Positions 60,191 to 64,000 of a DNA stretch of 64,000 nucleotides are shown one piece after another. Origin of the DNA: Pseudomonadota bacterium (lineage in GTDB: Bacteria > Bdellovibrionota_F > JAHFAK01 > JBDREC01). The notes beneath the pieces are model-generated. The model was not told the DNA's origin. It saw only the letters and a list, made by a program, of their open reading frames with translations, and did not search any database. The stretch lies in assembly GCA_043820105.1 (NCBI GenBank), contig JBDREC010000090.1, positions 124,001 through 188,000 on the forward strand, in the 5' to 3' direction. The position numbers and the translations under genes were made by a program. The first letter of the stretch is position 1. Each line of letters starts with the position of its first letter.

Positions 60191-61930
60191 ATGAAAAACC
60201 TTTTAATTTATTTTATATTTATCATTTCAACTGCTTTCCTGTTTGCCTGCACAAATCTTGAATTAAGTGATGACTCTGATGATAATCTTCCCAGCACTCT
60301 TCCACAGGAAATAATTGGTGAACTGGAGGTCGCTCTTTTAGCTGCAATTCCAAGTGCTACAGCAGCTGCGATTCCAAGTGCTACAGCAAATGCGATTCCC
60401 GGTTTTAAGTTTATTGAAGCAGATTCAGGGGGGATTATTTTAACTAATATGACAGAAATAGATGTTGAAGGATTGATAGGTAGTGCTGAAAGGCGAATTA
60501 GCGATCTGGGTTTAAGTGAATCTGGGTCATTAAATGATATAATTCCAGTTATTTCTGATGGAATGATGCTTGGATTGTCGGATATTTCAAGTGAAGTTGA
60601 TGTTGATGAAAAGGAAGATTCAATAAATTTAATGGTTGAAACCTTATCTTCCTCAATTTCAGGAAGAGAAAGCTATTTTGTTGATAATTCTGCTGAAACT
60701 TCCTTGACTGCTATTGAGGAGATATTTCACGATATGTCACAAAGTATTATTTCTAAGCTAGATGATGCTGGTTTTGGTGTTGATGATATCAGTCTTTATT
60801 CTTCATCAATTATGGAACAACTCATTGCTAAAATTGGAAACTCAGGATTAAGTGAAGATCAAATCGGTCCTGTAACTCAAAGAATTTGTCAGGGTGCGAT
60901 TTCTTCTTTAGGATTAATTCAGGGTATTGATGAAACGTATTGTTTGGCTTTTGCCTCCTCAATTGTGGAAGGGGCTGTTGGAGGGCTTGGAAGAATATCA
61001 GTTGAAGGATATAAGCTCGAGGATTTAACTTCAGCATCTTCATCATTAATTAAGGGTGCTATTAATGGACTTGGAGATATTTCTTTTGATGGTTATGATT
61101 ATAATTACCTTGATGACATGACTTCAGCGATCGTCAGTGGGTCCGTGGCAGGGCTTGATCGTATTCAATTCACAGGTTATGATTATAATTACCTGGACGA
61201 TATGCTTAACTCAATGTCATATGCTGCTACTTTGGCAATTAATGATATTAGTATGGATGGTTATGATATTAATTTCATGGATGATATGGTTGGATCAATT
61301 ACTACTGGGGCTACTCGTGGATTGATGTCTATTGAAATGGAGGGCTATGGGGCCGATAATGTGGACGAAATGGTTAACAGGATTACTGAAGGAGCCTCTC
61401 GTGGAATTTCAAAAGTTAATGGGATTGAAGCAAGCCAGTATGAAAATATGCTCAGCCATTTGAGCTCTGGAGCCACTTCAAGTCTTGGTGAGATGGAAAG
61501 TCACTATGGAACTAATTTTAATAGAGATAGTTATCTGGAGGCTGTTGCCAATGGCACAGCTGAGGGTCTTTCAGAGATGATGACTTCCTCATCAGATTCA
61601 ACATATTCTCAAACTGATTATCAAGAATGGATTGTTGATGGAATGGAGCGAGGGGCGAGTGAGTCTGGTTCCAGTAATTACGAACATAATATGGAATCTT
61701 ATTTTGATGGAGCCTGGGATTTTAATCACAATGAAGGTTCTACAGGAAGTGGTGATACTACTGATGATCAGGACCTGGGCAGGAATCAATTTAATGATTA
61801 TATGAATAATCATGGAGATGGCGACGGCGATGGAGACGGAGATGGAGACGGAGATGGAGACGGAGATGGAGACGGAGATGGAGACGGAGATCTATATGGC
61901 TATGAATACTGGGATAATAACCAGCATTAA
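60191..61930 (+). CDS. Hypothetical acidic repeat lipoprotein with (Gly-Asp)13 tail
   Basis: Lipobox LFA-C; AAIPSATA duplication; about 28-aa repeats (I.FDGYDYNYLDDM...I..G...GL); GD tract. Confidence 0.82.
   Translation: MKNLLIYFIFIISTAFLFACTNLELSDDSDDNLPSTLPQEIIGELEVALLAAIPSATAAAIPSATANAIPGFKFIEADSGGIILTNMTEIDVEGLIGSAERRISDLGLSESGSLNDIIPVISDGMMLGLSDISSEVDVDEKEDSINLMVETLSSSISGRESYFVDNSAETSLTAIEEIFHDMSQSIISKLDDAGFGVDDISLYSSSIMEQLIAKIGNSGLSEDQIGPVTQRICQGAISSLGLIQGIDETYCLAFASSIVEGAVGGLGRISVEGYKLEDLTSASSSLIKGAINGLGDISFDGYDYNYLDDMTSAIVSGSVAGLDRIQFTGYDYNYLDDMLNSMSYAATLAINDISMDGYDINFMDDMVGSITTGATRGLMSIEMEGYGADNVDEMVNRITEGASRGISKVNGIEASQYENMLSHLSSGATSSLGEMESHYGTNFNRDSYLEAVANGTAEGLSEMMTSSSDSTYSQTDYQEWIVDGMERGASESGSSNYEHNMESYFDGAWDFNHNEGSTGSGDTTDDQDLGRNQFNDYMNNHGDGDGDGDGDGDGDGDGDGDGDGDGDLYGYEYWDNNQH
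61814..61891 (+). repeat. Coding microsatellite (GGAGAY)n encoding (GD)13
   Basis: ggagatggcgacggcgatggagacggagat... 78 bp. Confidence 0.95.
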
Positions 61931-61948
61931 AATTTATAAAAAATATTC

Positions 61949-62230
61949 TTATTTAGTATCTAACAATTTGATAAGATGCCAGCCGAATTGAGTTTGAAAA
62001 GGTTCAGAAGTGTCACCCTTTTGCATATTCCACGCCATATCTTCAAATTCCTTAACCATTGCACCTTTGCCAAACCATCCAAGTGATCCACCTTCTTTAC
62101 CTGATGGACAAAGAGAATTTTCCTTCGCTATATCTTCAAAACTTTTTCCACTATCTACATCAGTTTTTAATTGCTCGGCTTCTTCCTTAGTTTTTACAAG
62201 CACGTGACATGCATTAACTTCATTGTACAT
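61949..62230 (-). CDS. ppiC: Parvulin-type peptidyl-prolyl isomerase
   Basis: HVLVK, SLCPSGKEGGSLG.F..G.MVKEFE, TQFGWHLI. Confidence 0.92.
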   Translation of the reverse strand: MYNEVNACHVLVKTKEEAEQLKTDVDSGKSFEDIAKENSLCPSGKEGGSLGWFGKGAMVKEFEDMAWNMQKGDTSEPFQTQFGWHLIKLLDTK

Positions 62231-62425
62231 AAGTACTCCTTTCTTAGTTTATTAGCTGTAGGCTGTAAGCTATCAGCTATCAGCCCTAAGCAGGAATTTG
62301 TTAGGATAATAATTAAAAAGCAAATTGCAAACATAAAAAGTAAATCAAAAGGTTCTTAATCATTGCAAAACCGCTTGGCATTTCCTACTATTTCAATAAT
62401 TAAATAATTTTTCAGGCATTGCAAA

Positions 62426-63067
62426 ATGAAACTAAAACTTCAGACTACCTTTGAAGAAATTCCTAATTCTGTAATTCATGGCATAGGTTTTTTGCTTTCC
62501 ATTGCTGCCCTAGTTTTAATGGTGGTGTTTTCTGTTAAGAATGGCAATGCCTGGCATGTTGTAAGCTCAAGTATTTTTGGCAGTACTTTAATAATTTTAT
62601 ATTTATCTTCAACTTTATATCATGCTTTTTTCCATAAAAAAACAAAAGCAGTTTTTAGATTAATGGATCATATTGTTATCTATTTGTTGATTGCAGGGAC
62701 CTATACACCTTTTGCTCTTTGTGTGATTCAAGGAGGCTTTGGCTGGACTCTATTTGGCCTTGAATGGGGACTTGCAATAATTGGAATTGTTTTTAAAAGT
62801 ATTACAAAATACAAATATGATTTTTATGCAACCCTTGGTTATGCGTTAATGGGATGGCTTGTAATAATAGCAATTGGACCACTGTTTATTAATTTGTCAT
62901 TTATGGGTATATTATGGCTCGTATTAGGTGGTTTAAGCTATACAATTGGCATAATCTTTTATTTTTTTGATACAAAAGTAAAATATTTTCATTTTTATTG
63001 GCATGTATTTGTTCTAGGTGGCTCGATTTGTCACTTCTTTGCTTTCTTTTTTCATGTTATACCATAA
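62426..63067 (+). CDS. Hemolysin III / PAQR family membrane protein
   Basis: EEIPNSVIHG, SSTLYH, DHIVIYLLIAGTYTP, HFYWHVFVLGG. Confidence 0.92.
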   Translation: MKLKLQTTFEEIPNSVIHGIGFLLSIAALVLMVVFSVKNGNAWHVVSSSIFGSTLIILYLSSTLYHAFFHKKTKAVFRLMDHIVIYLLIAGTYTPFALCVIQGGFGWTLFGLEWGLAIIGIVFKSITKYKYDFYATLGYALMGWLVIIAIGPLFINLSFMGILWLVLGGLSYTIGIIFYFFDTKVKYFHFYWHVFVLGGSICHFFAFFFHVIP

Positions 63068-63085
63068 AATTATTGAGGTGTTTTT

Positions 63086-63826
63086 ATGTCGGAAAAAAAT
63101 AAAAAGGTTTTTATTGTTAATGGGAGTCACAAGGGAAGAAAAGGAAATACTCATGTGCTTGTTGAGGCTTTTATTAAGGGAATAAAAAAAGCTAATGCCC
63201 AATTTGAATATATTGTTTTAAATGAATTAAAAATTGAAAGCTGTAAAGCCTGTTTTTACTGCTGGAGAAAGACAAAGGGCTTGTGCTGCATTAATGATGA
63301 TATGAAAACTTTAATTGAAAAGTTTATTGCTTCGGATTTTGTTGTGCTGGCTAGCCCTCTTTATATTGATAATGTTTCTGCTTTAATGAAGAATTTTATG
63401 GATAGACTGGTTCCCATTTTAGATCCACGTTTTGAGCTTGATGAGAATAATGAATCATTGCATAAAAAAAGATATTCAAAGTATCCAGACTTAATTGCCA
63501 TATCAAATTGTGGATATCCAGAGCAATCTCACTTTCAAGCTATTTCATTGTTATTTAAAAGAATGACTAGAAATATGCATTGTAAGCTAATAGCAGAAAT
63601 ATATAAAGAACAAGGTTCTTTATTGAAAGTAGATAGGCCTTTACATAATCCAAATGTAGATAGTTATTTAAGTGCTGTGGAAGAAGCGGCTCATGAAATA
63701 ATGAAACATATTTTCATAAGTAGTGAAACTAAAAAAAAATTATCCATATCTTTATCAGCTAAAGAAGACTACCTTAAAGAAGCAAATGAATTTTGGGAAA
63801 AAGCATTGAAAAAAATTGAGACCTAA
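63086..63826 (+). CDS. Flavodoxin family / NADPH-dependent FMN reductase (iron-sulfur flavoprotein-like)
   Basis: NGSHKG..GNT, CKACFYCW....C..DDM, ASPLY, MKNFMDR. Confidence 0.88.
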   Translation: MSEKNKKVFIVNGSHKGRKGNTHVLVEAFIKGIKKANAQFEYIVLNELKIESCKACFYCWRKTKGLCCINDDMKTLIEKFIASDFVVLASPLYIDNVSALMKNFMDRLVPILDPRFELDENNESLHKKRYSKYPDLIAISNCGYPEQSHFQAISLLFKRMTRNMHCKLIAEIYKEQGSLLKVDRPLHNPNVDSYLSAVEEAAHEIMKHIFISSETKKKLSISLSAKEDYLKEANEFWEKALKKIET

Positions 63827-64000
63827 ACTCCCTTTTTGTTGCCGCAATGCAATAAAACTTCCAGCTTTAACATAAAATAGATTTTGGGCAGCCTGTAAGG
63901 GGCTGGAATTATAGTTTATTGTTGCGTGGTGTTTTTGGCTTCTAATTTGCAGAAAACCTCATTTAACTTTGATTATGCTAAGGGATGGGATAAACATGAA

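Noticed and set aside
63827-64000. Partial minus-strand CDS at the window end
   Set aside because: All three minus frames hit stops within about 45 nt of the edge; only a plus-strand ATG at 63996 is visible.

Overview
AT-rich (roughly 30% GC by eye) bacterial chromosome segment. Gene content (TrmD-SPOUT fusion, TIGR02266-type PilZ, kinase-fused sigma-54 activator, double-FHA protein, many orphan secreted proteins) suggests a deltaproteobacterial-type lineage such as Bdellovibrionota or Myxococcota relatives; this is inference only. 1-43.7 kb is mostly housekeeping: nusA-infB-rbfA-nrnA-truB, rpsP-khpA-rimM-trmD, ruvX-mltG-yjbQ, efp, two tandem POT/MFS transporters, rsmB, TolC, a histidine kinase, mrdA-rodA, tRNA-Val(TAC), deoC, cysK, a cyclic-dinucleotide cluster (REC-GGDEF variant, REC-HD-GYP, and a PilZ gene missing from the ORF track that appears to start at ATC), lipB, aminotransferase, rlpA and a RluA-family synthase. 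The standout is a 1959-aa protein (43680-49559, minus) fusing an apparently catalytically dead XerC/D-like recombinase module to a Ser/Thr kinase, a degenerate STAND NTPase, TPRs, GAF and a sigma-54 AAA+ activator with a Fis-type HTH. Its divergent intergenic region carries three copies of TTTAACATAA (the core of the dif XerD arm), two long palindromes and a sigma-54 promoter. Three nearby orphan secreted/lipoprotein genes and one at 27 kb have consensus or near-consensus sigma-54 promoters. A Rad52-family annealase plus a truncated PD-(D/E)XK nuclease mark a mobile-element relic at 52.7-53.7 kb. Intergenic DNA throughout carries diverse 7-8 bp tandem repeats, often as inverted pairs. All calls come from motif reading by eye; no searches were run.
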